Below, in pieces: positions 27,259 to 36,724 of a stretch of DNA of 64,000 nucleotides. The stretch is from a virus (taxonomy: Duplodnaviria; Caudoviricetes). Made by a program: the position numbers and the translations under genes. The stretch covers positions 873 through 64,872 of the IMG/VR virus record IMGVR_UViG_3300036880_000015; one strand, written 5' to 3'. Each line of letters begins with the position of its first letter. The first letter of the stretch is position 1. A model generated the notes under the pieces. The model was not told the origin of the DNA. It was given only the letters and a program-made list of their open reading frames with translations, and did not search any database.

Positions 27259-28475
27259 TTAGCGATTACCTCCACTTGGTTGAACATCGGTGACTCTTCT
27301 CCGATGCGCTTCTGTGCGAGTCCTGCGTAAGTGGGATTCAGTTCAATCCCCACAAAGTCACGGTGATAGAGCAGCGCCACCACGCCGGTTGTTCCTGATC
27401 CGCAGAATGGATCGAGCACCACATCCCTCGGCTTGCTGCCAGCCAGAATGCACGGCTCAACCAGCGCTTCAGGGAAAGTGGCGAAGTGCGCCTCCTTATA
27501 AGGCTGAGTGGAGACGGTCCAAACGTCGCGCTTGTTACGTTGTGCGTAGGGTGTGTCAGCTATCTTCAGCAGTCCTGCGGCAGTGCGGTGCTCCTCAGTG
27601 TCACTGCGTTCATACTCAGTCACGGTTTTGTGAGTCTTATTGCCGGCGGTCCTATAGTTACGAGCTAAACCAGCATTGTTGCCACCACCCGGAACTTGCT
27701 CATATAAAGCCGTACCACACTCCCGGTCGCAGGTCGCCGGTTCCTTGATCGCCTCCGCGTCGTAGAAGTACCGCGCGCTCTTGGTCAGCAGGAACAGATA
27801 TTCGTGGCTCTTGGTGCAGCGGTCGGTCACGCTCTCCGGCATCGGATTCGGCTTGGCCCAAATGATGTCGCTGCGAAGCCACCACCCATCGGCGCGCAGC
27901 GCGAAGGCTAAGAGCCAGGGGATGCCTACGAGGTCTTTCTCTTTCAGTCCAGTCGGGCACGGCTTGAATCCGGATCGAATACTGCCCTCACTTGTGTTCT
28001 GCTTCTCTCCCGCGTGCGCCGTCCCGGATTGTCGCAATGAGTGCGCATAACTATCCCCGATATTCAGCCAAAGCGTTCCATCGTCGCGCAGTACACGTCG
28101 CACTTCCGAGAACACGGCTACCATCTTGGCCACGTACTCATCCGGCGTCTTCTCCAGTCCGAGTTGGGCATCGACGCGGGTTGCGCCGCACTTACCACAA
28201 ATATCCTTGAAGGTTGCGCCTACGCCGGCGAGCAGTGTCCTAGTCTGAGCGTATCCGTCGGTATCGGCTGGCCTCCCGTCACCATGCGGCAATTGTCTGC
28301 GTTCGCCGTTGGCCCTGTGGTCACATCCCGCATCCCCGCCATCCCACTGGCCAGTTCCATAATCCCTCAAGCCCCAGTATGGCGGCGAAGTAATCGCGCA
28401 CTGCACCGAGGCATCCGGCATCTCGCTCAGCCGGTCCCGCACGTCACCAATGTAGATCGTCGCTTTCATCTCCAC
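27255..28475 (-). CDS. DNA N4-cytosine/N6-adenine methyltransferase (beta class)
   Basis: TSPPY, LWLNIGDSY, IIWAKPNPMPES, HFATFP and VLDPFCGSGTT motifs. Confidence 0.93.
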   Translation of the reverse strand: MEMKATIYIGDVRDRLSEMPDASVQCAITSPPYWGLRDYGTGQWDGGDAGCDHRANGERRQLPHGDGRPADTDGYAQTRTLLAGVGATFKDICGKCGATRVDAQLGLEKTPDEYVAKMVAVFSEVRRVLRDDGTLWLNIGDSYAHSLRQSGTAHAGEKQNTSEGSIRSGFKPCPTGLKEKDLVGIPWLLAFALRADGWWLRSDIIWAKPNPMPESVTDRCTKSHEYLFLLTKSARYFYDAEAIKEPATCDRECGTALYEQVPGGGNNAGLARNYRTAGNKTHKTVTEYERSDTEEHRTAAGLLKIADTPYAQRNKRDVWTVSTQPYKEAHFATFPEALVEPCILAGSKPRDVVLDPFCGSGTTGVVALLYHRDFVGIELNPTYAGLAQKRIGEESPMFNQVEVIAK

Positions 28476-28908
28476 CTTCCGATTTCACGCTACGCTATTT
28501 TGCAGAAACAATCAAGGAAATAATAATGCAAAATTGTGGTAGCAAAACAAATCAGCGGATTTGAAGAGGGGAGCCGAGAAAAATGCATGGGAACGGTTGG
28601 TCGTGGGTCGTGGGCGTGCGGAAGACCCCCACCCCTTCACATCGCGTTGGGCGCGGAGGGCGTTGCGCGGTGGGGGCGCGTCGAGCCGGCCGGGGCAGGA
28701 ATGGGCGCCGCACGGGGGGCGCGCGCTCCGCAAACAGGGCCGACGGCAGGGAAAACGCTCCTTCGGCTATGTTCTCGATGAATTTTATCTATCTTTAATG
28801 GTATCTACAACTTACGCCGATCTCTACCCTCTCATGTGTTGAGGCTATACACAAGGGCCGCATTGTATCCTTATATATGGTAGATGTTTGAGCACATCGC
28901 CGGGATGG

Positions 28909-29364
28909 TTAGCGCCTTGCCGGGTTGCAGGATGGACAGGTGAGCCAGTTAGCCCAGCCGTGCGGGCATCGCTCGCCAAACTTATGAGGCGCGCCGAGTT
29001 GCTCGACAAGCTGAGCGAAGCGGGCCGGGTTGCCTGCACCAGACGGCGGTACAGTCTCCACTTGGCCGGAGTGAACGGGCGAGACCTGGCCACCAGACCG
29101 GGAAGGATCGGCCGGCGCGCTCGCCTTGCGCTGTCTCTTGCCGGTAGAGCGTCGCGGCTGGGCCTGGGTCCGAGAAGTGACCGGCGCCGGGTTTGCCTCT
29201 TGTCCCTGCTCGACGGCCGACGGCTGCACCTGGGCGCGCGCCGATGCGTTCCACTTGCGGGATCGGCATTTCTGCGAGGCGCAATTGTCGGGAAGTTGCT
29301 CGCCTTGCTTGAGCCACGCGAACCCGCAGACCTCACAGACCAGACACCGGCGCCACTCGATCAT
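28909..29364 (-). CDS. Zn-finger protein
   Basis: CEVCGFAW...C...KCRSRKWN N-terminus and CPHG...CPSC C-terminus. Confidence 0.6.
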   Translation of the reverse strand: MIEWRRCLVCEVCGFAWLKQGEQLPDNCASQKCRSRKWNASARAQVQPSAVEQGQEANPAPVTSRTQAQPRRSTGKRQRKASAPADPSRSGGQVSPVHSGQVETVPPSGAGNPARFAQLVEQLGAPHKFGERCPHGWANWLTCPSCNPARR

Positions 29365-29370
29365 GTGGCA

Positions 29371-29399
29371 AGTGTAGACGCTCTGTGAGTACTACGCAA
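29371..29399 (-). promoter_or_regulatory. Sigma70-like promoter (leaderless)
   Basis: TTGCGT-17-TACACT-6 nt-ATG(29364). Confidence 0.6.
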
Positions 29400-29714
29400 G
29401 CGCCATTTCTGCCATGCCGTAGCCTGTCCGAGTCCTCGCCGACGCGTCCTAGAGGCTCCCATGAGGCAGTTTTCGGCCGGATTCGGGCCTTTCGCGGCTG
29501 CGTGTGAAGATAGCCCGCCAGATTCCCGCGCGCCGTTTTCCCCTCTTTTCCGCCCTCGATAGACAACGTCCGGCGACAAGTTTACTTTCCATGCGTTCGA
29601 GGCCCGGAGAAGGCCAAACAGTACATAAGGCGTCGAAAACAGGGTAAAAGCGCCTTCATTATTTTCTGTGGATAACGCTGGAAGTGTGCGTCTTTATTGA
29701 TTAAAAAATAGTGC

Positions 29715-29746
29715 TTGACATCATGCTTGCTATTAGAGTATAGGTT
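29715..29746 (+). promoter_or_regulatory. Promoter of the rightward early operon
   Basis: TTGACA at 29715 after an A/T-rich UP-like tract; -10 assignment ambiguous. Confidence 0.5.
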
Positions 29747-29800
29747 ATTCAGTGACCTGTGGCAGGGGTCATAGAGGCTCTACCAGAGCCGGGAGCTAAG

Positions 29801-30079
29801 ATGGAAGCCAACAGCCACAATACGCGCGGAGAGTGCCAGAGGTGCGGACGGGTTCGCTCGTTCGTGCTGGCCTCCGCGTTCAATGCTGACGGTTCGTTCC
29901 GGTTTCTGTGCTCATCCTGTGACCGCGTGGAGAGCTGGCAGAATCAGCGCCGTCTATTTGAAGGCATTGCGCCGATCTTCATTGGTGAGCCTGAGCCGGT
30001 AGAAGAAGTGTCGTTGATACTGGATGGGTTCGAGCCGGTATCCAATCAACTGAGTTTGTTTGTGGAGGTTTACCAGTGA
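29801..30079 (+). CDS. Zn-finger hypothetical protein
   Basis: CQRC...CSSC; GGGAG SD. Confidence 0.55.
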   Translation: MEANSHNTRGECQRCGRVRSFVLASAFNADGSFRFLCSSCDRVESWQNQRRLFEGIAPIFIGEPEPVEEVSLILDGFEPVSNQLSLFVEVYQ

Positions 30080-30363
30080 CGGGCCCTGAAGTTCACAATC
30101 TGACCACCGATGAAGTATTCATCTACGACAGCAGCCTAACGCCCGCTCAAGCTGTCCGGAACGCCTACGCTGCAACGATAAGCGGCAACAGTTACGAGTG
30201 GGCCCAGCGTTTCCCATTGTCGATGGTACGCGAGGCGCGCTATGGTTCGCGCGTGGTTTACTCGCTGGGAGATTTCTCCTGCGTCACCATCGACCGGGAG
30301 TATTACAGCGTCAACAATACCACCCGCACCGGGCCTGATGGATGTTTCCCAGCCTTGAGCTAA
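30076..30363 (+). CDS. Hypothetical protein
   Basis: GGAGG SD; GTGA overlap. Confidence 0.55.
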   Translation: MTGPEVHNLTTDEVFIYDSSLTPAQAVRNAYAATISGNSYEWAQRFPLSMVREARYGSRVVYSLGDFSCVTIDREYYSVNNTTRTGPDGCFPALS

Positions 30364-30394
30364 ACGCATCACAACACCTGGGAGAGAGGACAAA

Positions 30395-30634
30395 ATGAAG
30401 GCAATCCGCACAGCTTCGATCTTGCACAACGAATCTGATTATCCTGAGAGCATCCACTTTGGCGAGCGCGTGAAGCTCAATTTGCGCAAAATGGCAGATG
30501 GATGCTACGAATTTTGCATCGGCGAAAACGACGAGACCACTGGTGTATCAGGCTCCACAGTCGCAGATGCTTGTCGTGCAGCACATCGCGCCTGGAATAC
30601 CTCTCATGTATGGGATTTTCGCGCTGCCTGGTAG
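30395..30634 (+). CDS. Hypothetical protein
   Basis: GAGGA SD. Confidence 0.55.
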   Translation: MKAIRTASILHNESDYPESIHFGERVKLNLRKMADGCYEFCIGENDETTGVSGSTVADACRAAHRAWNTSHVWDFRAAW

Positions 30635-30790
30635 CCTAACCGCCGTCAAACGATCATGCGCTTGGCCACCGGCGCCAAGGTTCCGCAAGCCAAGTGTGGG
30701 ATTCATGCCGTTATGGATGCAGTGTCCGCGCTGGACTCCACCATTTCACGTTACTGAACACCGGCCACCAGCCGGAGAGGAGCTAAACCA

Positions 30791-31033
30791 ATGAAAACGT
30801 CCTTCACATACGAAGAGATCGAGCGCCGCTATCCGTTGACCATCGACGCGATGAAGTGGGCCGCCATTCTCTCTACCACCGAGGCCGCGGATTGTGTCCG
30901 AGCCATAGGCGAACGGCGCGGGAGCGGTGAAGCTGTCCAGCATTTCGGCGGGCCTGTTGCCGTATTGCGGGCCGCGCTCCGTTGCCGCCGCTTCGCTCAC
31001 CAGTTGCGCCAGTCACGGAAGGCCGCCCAATGA
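30791..31033 (+). CDS. Hypothetical protein
   Basis: GAGGAG SD; MKWAAILSTTEA motif. Confidence 0.6.
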   Translation: MKTSFTYEEIERRYPLTIDAMKWAAILSTTEAADCVRAIGERRGSGEAVQHFGGPVAVLRAALRCRRFAHQLRQSRKAAQ

Positions 31034-31311
31034 TCGCCCCTCACCCATTCACACCCACGGTCTTTCAAGGCGCGCCGCTCCTCCGCTGTGACCTGTGCGC
31101 GCGCTTCGCCGGAGATCCGCTGCACGTCCTGGCCCTTCCCGGTTGCGAGACCTCCGACACAGACCGCGAGACCGCGCGCCAGTTCCAGCAGGCCGCCGAC
31201 CTCACCGCAGCTATGCGCCAGCCGCGCGCCAGTATTTCGGCCAAGGCTGGCAAGATGGAACGATACGCGCCGCTCTTCTTTGGGACCGGCGACAACCCGA
31301 TTTTGTTTTGA
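31030..31311 (+). CDS. Hypothetical protein
   Basis: ATGA coupling; H...CxxC...H. Confidence 0.5.
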   Translation: MIAPHPFTPTVFQGAPLLRCDLCARFAGDPLHVLALPGCETSDTDRETARQFQQAADLTAAMRQPRASISAKAGKMERYAPLFFGTGDNPILF

Positions 31312-31331
31312 CGCGCCCGGAGGCGCAAACA

Positions 31332-31517
31332 ATGAACCCTTACGGCTATATCGCAATCTTGGCCCTGATCGGCGCCGCCATCTTCTATGCCTTCTACCGG
31401 ATGGACCGGAAGGAAAAGGATAACGCCTATTGGCGCGCAATCGCCACCGAGCAGGCAAGACGCGACAAACTAGCAGCCGAGCGGTACAACCGCGCGGTAA
31501 TGAACCGGGAAGACTGA
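31332..31517 (+). CDS. Small membrane protein
   Basis: GGAGG SD; N-terminal TM segment. Confidence 0.55.
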   Translation: MNPYGYIAILALIGAAIFYAFYRMDRKEKDNAYWRAIATEQARRDKLAAERYNRAVMNRED

Positions 31518-31555
31518 ACCGGAGCCGGCCGCAACCGGCAGAAAGTAGACCACTC

Positions 31556-31753
31556 GTGACCATCCAAGAGAACGCCTGGCAGGGAAACAACGAAGAGGCC
31601 GACGCGCAATTCTGCGACCGGCTCACGAACATTCTAGGCACGGAGCCGAACGTCTCAATTCTTCCACCCGAACCCAAAAACGAGTTTACAACCTTTGACC
31701 CGCTAGGCCTGGCCGTTATCGTCCTGGCCGTGCTTGTTCTCCTCTACCTCTAA
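31556..31753 (+). CDS. Tail-anchored membrane protein
   Basis: C-terminal hydrophobic helix; start codon uncertain. Confidence 0.45.
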   Translation: MTIQENAWQGNNEEADAQFCDRLTNILGTEPNVSILPPEPKNEFTTFDPLGLAVIVLAVLVLLYL

Positions 31754-31803
31754 CCGTTGCCGGAGCGTAACCGGGCCGCGACCAGCGGCAGGAGCTTTAT
31801 AAA

Positions 31804-32745
31804 ATGGCTACTCATTGCCTGAATTGCGACACAACAGCCACCGCATTCTGTGAAGAAAATCACGATCTCGGAGAGCCTGAGACCATCGACACAACACCAG
31901 AACCGGCGGCAGTTCCGGCCACTTGGAACGGTGAACCCGTGAGCGACAATGAATCTTTTGTGGATTCCCTCGACGATCCTGACGAAACCGACGCCAAGCG
32001 GAAAGACCCGCCGGCGAAGGTTCCGGAGTCCGCCCCAGCGCCCACGGTTGATCTTTTTCAGAACCGCATCGACGCCGAAGAGCTCGAAGCGAGAACGGCA
32101 CGGCTCAAGGCGGCCAACGCCGCAAGGGACACGCGCGAGGCTGCCGCGGCACCGTTTGAAGCCCTGGCCGAGCAGATGAAGGCGGGCGTCAAGGTTGCCG
32201 TGGTTCCGCAGTTGTTCCCCACTCCGCCGGAGCTGGCCGCACGCATGGCAGGCGAAGCCGACATTCAGCCGAGCAGCCGCATACTTGAGCCCAGCGCAGG
32301 GACGGGAAACCTTATCCGCGCCATTGCCAACGATACGACCGGCTTTGATTGCTTGCGCGAGATTACAGCCGTCGAGTACAATCACGCGCTAGTGGCCCAT
32401 CTTATCGAACAGCGCGAGCGGACACTGTACGCCAACGAAAACAACTTCAAGATCGTTTGCGGAGACTTCATGGAGCAAAACGACAACTTGGGAATGTTTG
32501 ACCGCATCGTAATGAATCCACCATTTCAGAACGGCGCCGACATCAAGCACATCCAGCACGCGGCGAAGTTTCTAGCCGACGGCGGCCGGCTCGTCGCACT
32601 CTGCGCCAACGGTCCCAGGCAGCGCGAGATCCTGAAGCCCATAGCCGAAGAGTCCGGCGGATGGTGGGAAGACTTGCCGGCGGGAACCTTTAGCGAGCAG
32701 GGAACCGGGGTAAATGTAGCCCTGTTGCTCATCTGCAACGGATAG
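31804..32745 (+). CDS. Class I SAM-dependent (N6-adenine-type) methyltransferase
   Basis: LFPTP, ILEPSAGTG, GDF, IVMNPPF, LPAGTF and GTGV motifs. Confidence 0.85.
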   Translation: MATHCLNCDTTATAFCEENHDLGEPETIDTTPEPAAVPATWNGEPVSDNESFVDSLDDPDETDAKRKDPPAKVPESAPAPTVDLFQNRIDAEELEARTARLKAANAARDTREAAAAPFEALAEQMKAGVKVAVVPQLFPTPPELAARMAGEADIQPSSRILEPSAGTGNLIRAIANDTTGFDCLREITAVEYNHALVAHLIEQRERTLYANENNFKIVCGDFMEQNDNLGMFDRIVMNPPFQNGADIKHIQHAAKFLADGGRLVALCANGPRQREILKPIAEESGGWWEDLPAGTFSEQGTGVNVALLLICNG

Positions 32746-32762
32746 CCAGTCCACGCATAGAC
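32745..32762 (+). repeat. 18-bp direct repeat, copy 1
   Basis: GCCAGTCCACGCATAGAC, identical to 36675-36692. Confidence 0.85.
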
Positions 32763-32828
32763 CGAACCCAAGCCCGAGGCCGGCGGCGAGCAGTACCGGC
32801 CAAGTCCACCAGGACAGGAGCAAAGCAG

Positions 32829-33137
32829 ATGGAACCCGAAGTCACTTTAATCAGAGTCCGTGACAATGACGGCAAGCCGTGGGATTCTTCATTTGTCGAA
32901 GTGAACGGAATCAAGCGCGGAATCATCCGGCAAGACAACAGCGGAGGATGGGCAGCCGAAATGATGGGCTGCTACAAGACAACGAACGCCGCTAACGTCT
33001 TCGGATACTTCGCCACTCAACAGCGCGCCATAGACGCCATTGTAAAAGCAACGGCCAACTATCCGGCACACATCGTCTATCCGCCGCAAGACTTCAACGT
33101 CCGCGCCAACTGGAACGCCCTGGGGGTATCGGCTTGA
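32829..33137 (+). CDS. Hypothetical protein
   Basis: AGGAG SD. Confidence 0.55.
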   Translation: MEPEVTLIRVRDNDGKPWDSSFVEVNGIKRGIIRQDNSGGWAAEMMGCYKTTNAANVFGYFATQQRAIDAIVKATANYPAHIVYPPQDFNVRANWNALGVSA

Positions 33138-33385
33138 TCTTCCCAACGATCCACCTCAACGGCACCAGCAAACAACAGTTACTCGATGACTATTGCGACA
33201 TCCGGCAAGCCCTCGACGCCGCAATGGAAAAGATGATCGAGAACGGACCCAACGCCCGCGACTATTACCCGGCAGGCGACCAGGCATTCCGGCAGGCGAT
33301 CAAGGAACACCACGACCGCATCGAACAGATTCACCGGGTACGGTTCGATATTGAGACAATCGCCGAACACATTGCAGACGCTTAA
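33134..33385 (+). CDS. Conserved small phage protein
   Basis: PTIHLNGTS..L...PNARDYYP motif. Confidence 0.6.
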   Translation: MIFPTIHLNGTSKQQLLDDYCDIRQALDAAMEKMIENGPNARDYYPAGDQAFRQAIKEHHDRIEQIHRVRFDIETIAEHIADA

Positions 33386-33399
33386 CGGAAGGACCGCCA

Positions 33400-33567
33400 G
33401 TGAGAGACAATAGCCCATATCGTGAGCCGGGAATCGACGCCAACAGGACACCGCGCGTCGAAATTTACGACGATAGCGCCTGCGCCGCTTGCGGCAGCAC
33501 AGAGAATCTTGGAGTTGTACGCGACGACATTCTTTGTACTGCCTGTGAGCGGAAATATGAAGACTAA
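33400..33567 (+). CDS. Small Zn-finger protein
   Basis: Manual translation with CAAC...LCTAC; GAAGGA SD. Confidence 0.45.
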   Translation: MRDNSPYREPGIDANRTPRVEIYDDSACAACGSTENLGVVRDDILCTACERKYED

Positions 33568-33601
33568 CGCACCAGCAACCCGCAAGGAAAGGAATCAAAC
33601 C

Positions 33602-33778
33602 GTGAAAGTTGAAATCAAAGGAAATGACCTCGTTATCACGATGCCGATGGGCACGCCCACGCGCAGCGCCAGCGGTAAGACTCTTGTAGTCGCCAGCAGC
33701 CGCGGCAACGTCACGACCAATTGCATGATCGACGGCAAGCCGGTAACGGTCGGCCTTAACGCCTACATCAAAGCGTAG
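33602..33778 (+). CDS. Conserved small beta protein
   Basis: SASGKTLVVASSRGN...GLNAY motif; AAGGA SD. Confidence 0.65.
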   Translation: MKVEIKGNDLVITMPMGTPTRSASGKTLVVASSRGNVTTNCMIDGKPVTVGLNAYIKA

Positions 33779-33882
33779 GCCCAGCCCGGCAGCAATGCCG
33801 GCAAGTTCTCAAGAGTCCACCTCCAGGCGAACAGCCACGGCGAGAACGGCACAGCCAACGGACCAGAAAGGAAAGTAATCAA

Positions 33883-34587
33883 ATGCGCACCCTGCTAGAA
33901 ATTGCAAACAGCCCATGGGACCAGGTGCAAACCTGTGAACGGCTCGCCAATGGAGTATGGTGGGTTACGACATCCAGCCACGGCGGCCTGATGGTGGACG
34001 TATCCACCGCAACCGAAGAGTTGAGCGCGCCAGCTCGCCAGCACGGCATGAAGTGGGGCCGGTTCATATGCTACGAGGAAGATTGCCAGTGCGCGATTGC
34101 CTTCTTCGAGCGCCCGGACTGGTACGCCACATTCAAGCGCCGCCCGCTCACCGAAGCCGACACCGCCAGCACGCTGAAAACCTGCAAAGATTGGGAATGG
34201 CGCTATTACGAGGCCCGCACCCACACGATCCTTGCGCCCGGCGAGTCGTACTGCAAGGATGAATTTACCTTCAGCCAGGACCACGCCGACGACCTGATTG
34301 TGGTTTCGGCCACCAGCGGCAACAGTTGGGAGCCACCGTTGCCGGCCGGCATGGTCAAGGTGACAGCCGTCAAAGGTGGACGCAATAAGCACGGCGGATA
34401 CACCGGCGAGCGCGAGTTTCTTGTACCGGCGGCAGAGTATCGCGGGACCGATCCGGGGTGCTATCCGTGGAAATTTGCTTTTATTGTTGACCCGGCGCGC
34501 CACCAGGAGATTATCAAGGCGGCGCTTGCGCCCATCGTCGAGCAGCCGCAAAGTTCGCGCCTGTTGCTGCCCATGGCCATTGCCTGA
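33883..34587 (+). CDS. DUF7007-like protein
   Basis: SPW..VQ.....GVWWVTTSSHGG...YEEDC motif. Confidence 0.7.
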   Translation: MRTLLEIANSPWDQVQTCERLANGVWWVTTSSHGGLMVDVSTATEELSAPARQHGMKWGRFICYEEDCQCAIAFFERPDWYATFKRRPLTEADTASTLKTCKDWEWRYYEARTHTILAPGESYCKDEFTFSQDHADDLIVVSATSGNSWEPPLPAGMVKVTAVKGGRNKHGGYTGEREFLVPAAEYRGTDPGCYPWKFAFIVDPARHQEIIKAALAPIVEQPQSSRLLLPMAIA

Positions 34588-34645
34588 ACCCGCGGGCGGC
34601 CACGTCGCCGCCTGCACTTACCCGCAACCACTGCGAAAGGAATTT

Positions 34646-35155
34646 ATGAAAATCGAAGAAATCTACGCAACACCCATCGACGGAGACGGGTGGAGACTGT
34701 TGCCGAATGGTAACAAACTGATGATCGGCGCGAACGTGTCAGCGCCTTACGGCATTGATATTGCCAGCATCGGCGAGGGGGCCAGCATCGGCGAGGGGGC
34801 CAGAATCGGCGCGTGGGCCAGCATCGGCGCGGAGGCCAGCATCGGCGCGTGGGCCAGAATCGGCGCGTGGGCCAGCATCGGCGAGAGGGCCAGCATCGGC
34901 GACAAAGTTCAATGGCTCAAATCTCCTCTTGCCGTACAAGGAACACGTCACATCGTTATCAACTGCGCCCCAGGCCAGATCGGTATCGGGTGTAGATTCT
35001 TCACCTTTGACGAGTTTTTGAAGGCGACACCCAAAGAGCGCACAGCCTACCAAGTAAGCAATGGCTACACGCCCGAAGAATGCGCCGAGTACATCAAGAT
35101 TGTAAAATTTGTCATCGCCAACGGAGTACCGGCAGAAAGCGAGGCCACCGCATGA
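34646..35155 (+). CDS. Left-handed beta-helix (hexapeptide repeat) protein
   Basis: A(S/R)IGxx repeated about 8 times; C-terminal IGC motif. Confidence 0.75.
   Translation: MKIEEIYATPIDGDGWRLLPNGNKLMIGANVSAPYGIDIASIGEGASIGEGARIGAWASIGAEASIGAWARIGAWASIGERASIGDKVQWLKSPLAVQGTRHIVINCAPGQIGIGCRFFTFDEFLKATPKERTAYQVSNGYTPEECAEYIKIVKFVIANGVPAESEATA
34763..34902 (+). repeat. 18-bp coding tandem repeat (about 7.7 copies)
   Basis: Unit GCCAG(C/A)ATCGGCG(A/C)GNNG. Confidence 0.9.
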
Positions 35156-35463
35156 AGTATCTTGTCCGTTGGGAGATTGACTCAGACGCCGCGACACCGC
35201 TCGAAGCCGCAAGAGAGGCGCGCGCGGCACAACTCAGGCCCAACACCACGGCGACCGTCTTCGACGTGTACGAACCAGATGCGCCCTTCACCGAGGAAGA
35301 CAACCAATTCCGCCGTGGACTGCATGGACCCAAGGCAACCCGCATCGACCTGCAAGAGCACGAAGAGGAAATCTTCACCTGCCGCGGATGTGGCCGCGAA
35401 GAGAGCGTATGCAGCGCGGACCCATGCCTAGGCGTGATTGCAGATCGTGAGGGAAGAAATTGA
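35152..35463 (+). CDS. Hypothetical protein
   Basis: YLVRWEID.DA.TPLEAAREA...ATVFDV domain plus CxxC tail. Confidence 0.6.
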   Translation: MKYLVRWEIDSDAATPLEAAREARAAQLRPNTTATVFDVYEPDAPFTEEDNQFRRGLHGPKATRIDLQEHEEEIFTCRGCGREESVCSADPCLGVIADREGRN

Positions 35464-35678
35464 GATCCCGCCGCCTGCCATTCCCTGCCGATCCGCGCTG
35501 GATCGAAGCCCGCTTCACCAGCCATTGCGCCCGCTGCCCGCGTATCATCAAACCGGGAGAGAGTGCCTACTATTTTCCCCAATCAAAAACCATCTTCTGT
35601 GACTCAGAAGATTGCGGCAAGCACGAAGCGCGACTGGTCGAGGCCGCGCTATTCGATGAAAGGATGTGCGCGGCATGA
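35460..35678 (+). CDS. Small Zn-finger protein
   Basis: ARFTSHCARC...I.PGE...FC..C. Confidence 0.6.
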   Translation: MRSRRLPFPADPRWIEARFTSHCARCPRIIKPGESAYYFPQSKTIFCDSEDCGKHEARLVEAALFDERMCAA

Positions 35679-35905
35679 AACACATTGCGGTTTGTTGCGA
35701 CTGGCGACACGGGCGCATCGGGTTTGTAATCACCGCCCCAACTCCTGACGACTGCGAGCGAGTCGCCGACTTACTGGAAAACCGGCTGGGCTACACGGGG
35801 ACCGGATGCGATACTCTCATTGAAGCCGAGCGCACAGCTAAGAGATTGAAAAACTCGAACTGGGGGACGAATCCAGTTTACGGAAAGGTTCACGGCAAAT
35901 CATGA
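35675..35905 (+). CDS. Hypothetical protein
   Basis: ATGA coupling at both ends. Confidence 0.5.
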   Translation: MKHIAVCCDWRHGRIGFVITAPTPDDCERVADLLENRLGYTGTGCDTLIEAERTAKRLKNSNWGTNPVYGKVHGKS

Positions 35906-36159
35906 GGAAAGCCGGTTTCCACCTGAAGCACGGTTACGTGGTTATGGCGATTCCCGACAGCGGCCTGTTCTTGAAAGACGGCCGCCTTGTCTCGGGCCAC
36001 GAGACCGACATGAAGTTTGACGAGCTCATCCTGTACTCACGGGACGAAGACGCCGCCAGGCTCGTCGATCAGTTACGGACGCAATGGGCGGACCCGGACA
36101 ATAACGGCCACCAGTGGAACTTTCACGTCCTGCCCGTCTTAGTTCACGAACGGCTGTAA
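35902..36159 (+). CDS. Hypothetical protein
   Basis: ATGA coupling. Confidence 0.5.
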   Translation: MRKAGFHLKHGYVVMAIPDSGLFLKDGRLVSGHETDMKFDELILYSRDEDAARLVDQLRTQWADPDNNGHQWNFHVLPVLVHERL

Positions 36160-36178
36160 GATACACGGAGGGGAATTT

Positions 36179-36352
36179 ATGAACTTGCAGGTTGATCACG
36201 AAGTTGTGCCGGCGCCGTCCATACTCTGCCGCCACTGCGCCCAGCCCATCGAACAGACCGGGGACGGCGACTGGATACACGCCAGCGGATTTTATTCTTG
36301 CTTCGATGCTGGGTGCTGGAAACAAGCCACACCGAAAGAGGCCACCGAATGA
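36179..36352 (+). CDS. Small Zn-binding protein
   Basis: Manual translation CRHC...WIH...C; GGAGG SD. Confidence 0.5.
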   Translation: MNLQVDHEVVPAPSILCRHCAQPIEQTGDGDWIHASGFYSCFDAGCWKQATPKEATE

Positions 36353-36690
36353 CGATCCAACCCGTACTCTTCGCCCACCTCATCGACGACTGCGCCAGTG
36401 TGCGCGACACCCCGCTTCAGGTCTCCGTCTCCGCGGCGCTGCTCGAAAGCGACTGGCTGGCCGGCGACACGATGGTTGCGGCCAATGCCTTCCATGAAGC
36501 CCTGAGGGCGTTCGTGCAGCCAGCGCAACTCCAGAAGGCGCTGATCGCCGTCCTCGACGTTCACACTACCCACCGCGCCCGGCTGGCCACTGTGCTGACG
36601 GCCGCCGCTCACCGCATAGGCCAGGCCGATTGGCTGGATGAACTGGCCGAGATGAAAGACGACCGTGACAACCCGCCAGTCCACGCATAG
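36349..36690 (+). CDS. Hypothetical protein
   Basis: ATGA coupling; its 3' end carries repeat copy 2. Confidence 0.55.
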   Translation: MTIQPVLFAHLIDDCASVRDTPLQVSVSAALLESDWLAGDTMVAANAFHEALRAFVQPAQLQKALIAVLDVHTTHRARLATVLTAAAHRIGQADWLDELAEMKDDRDNPPVHA

Positions 36691-36692
36691 AC
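36675..36692 (+). repeat. 18-bp direct repeat, copy 2
   Basis: Identical to 32745-32762. Confidence 0.85.
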
Positions 36693-36695
36693 TGA

Positions 36696-36724
36696 TTGAC
36701 AAGGACGCGCCGAAAGTGTACGCT
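36696..36724 (+). promoter_or_regulatory. Sigma70-like promoter
   Basis: TTGACA-17-TACGCT. Confidence 0.65.

Noticed and set aside
29400-29700. ORFs or an ncRNA in the gap before the early promoter
   Set aside because: ORFs lack SDs and motifs; a lone TAAACT box and weak stems are insufficient evidence.
30640-30750. Structured gap ending in CTCCACCA as a tRNA/tmRNA fragment, attP or ribozyme
   Set aside because: No T-loop (GTTCRA), cloverleaf or hammerhead core; the short stems are unremarkable at this GC content.
34763-34902. Tandem repeats as a CRISPR array
   Set aside because: Contiguous 18-bp in-frame coding units without unique spacers; no cas genes.
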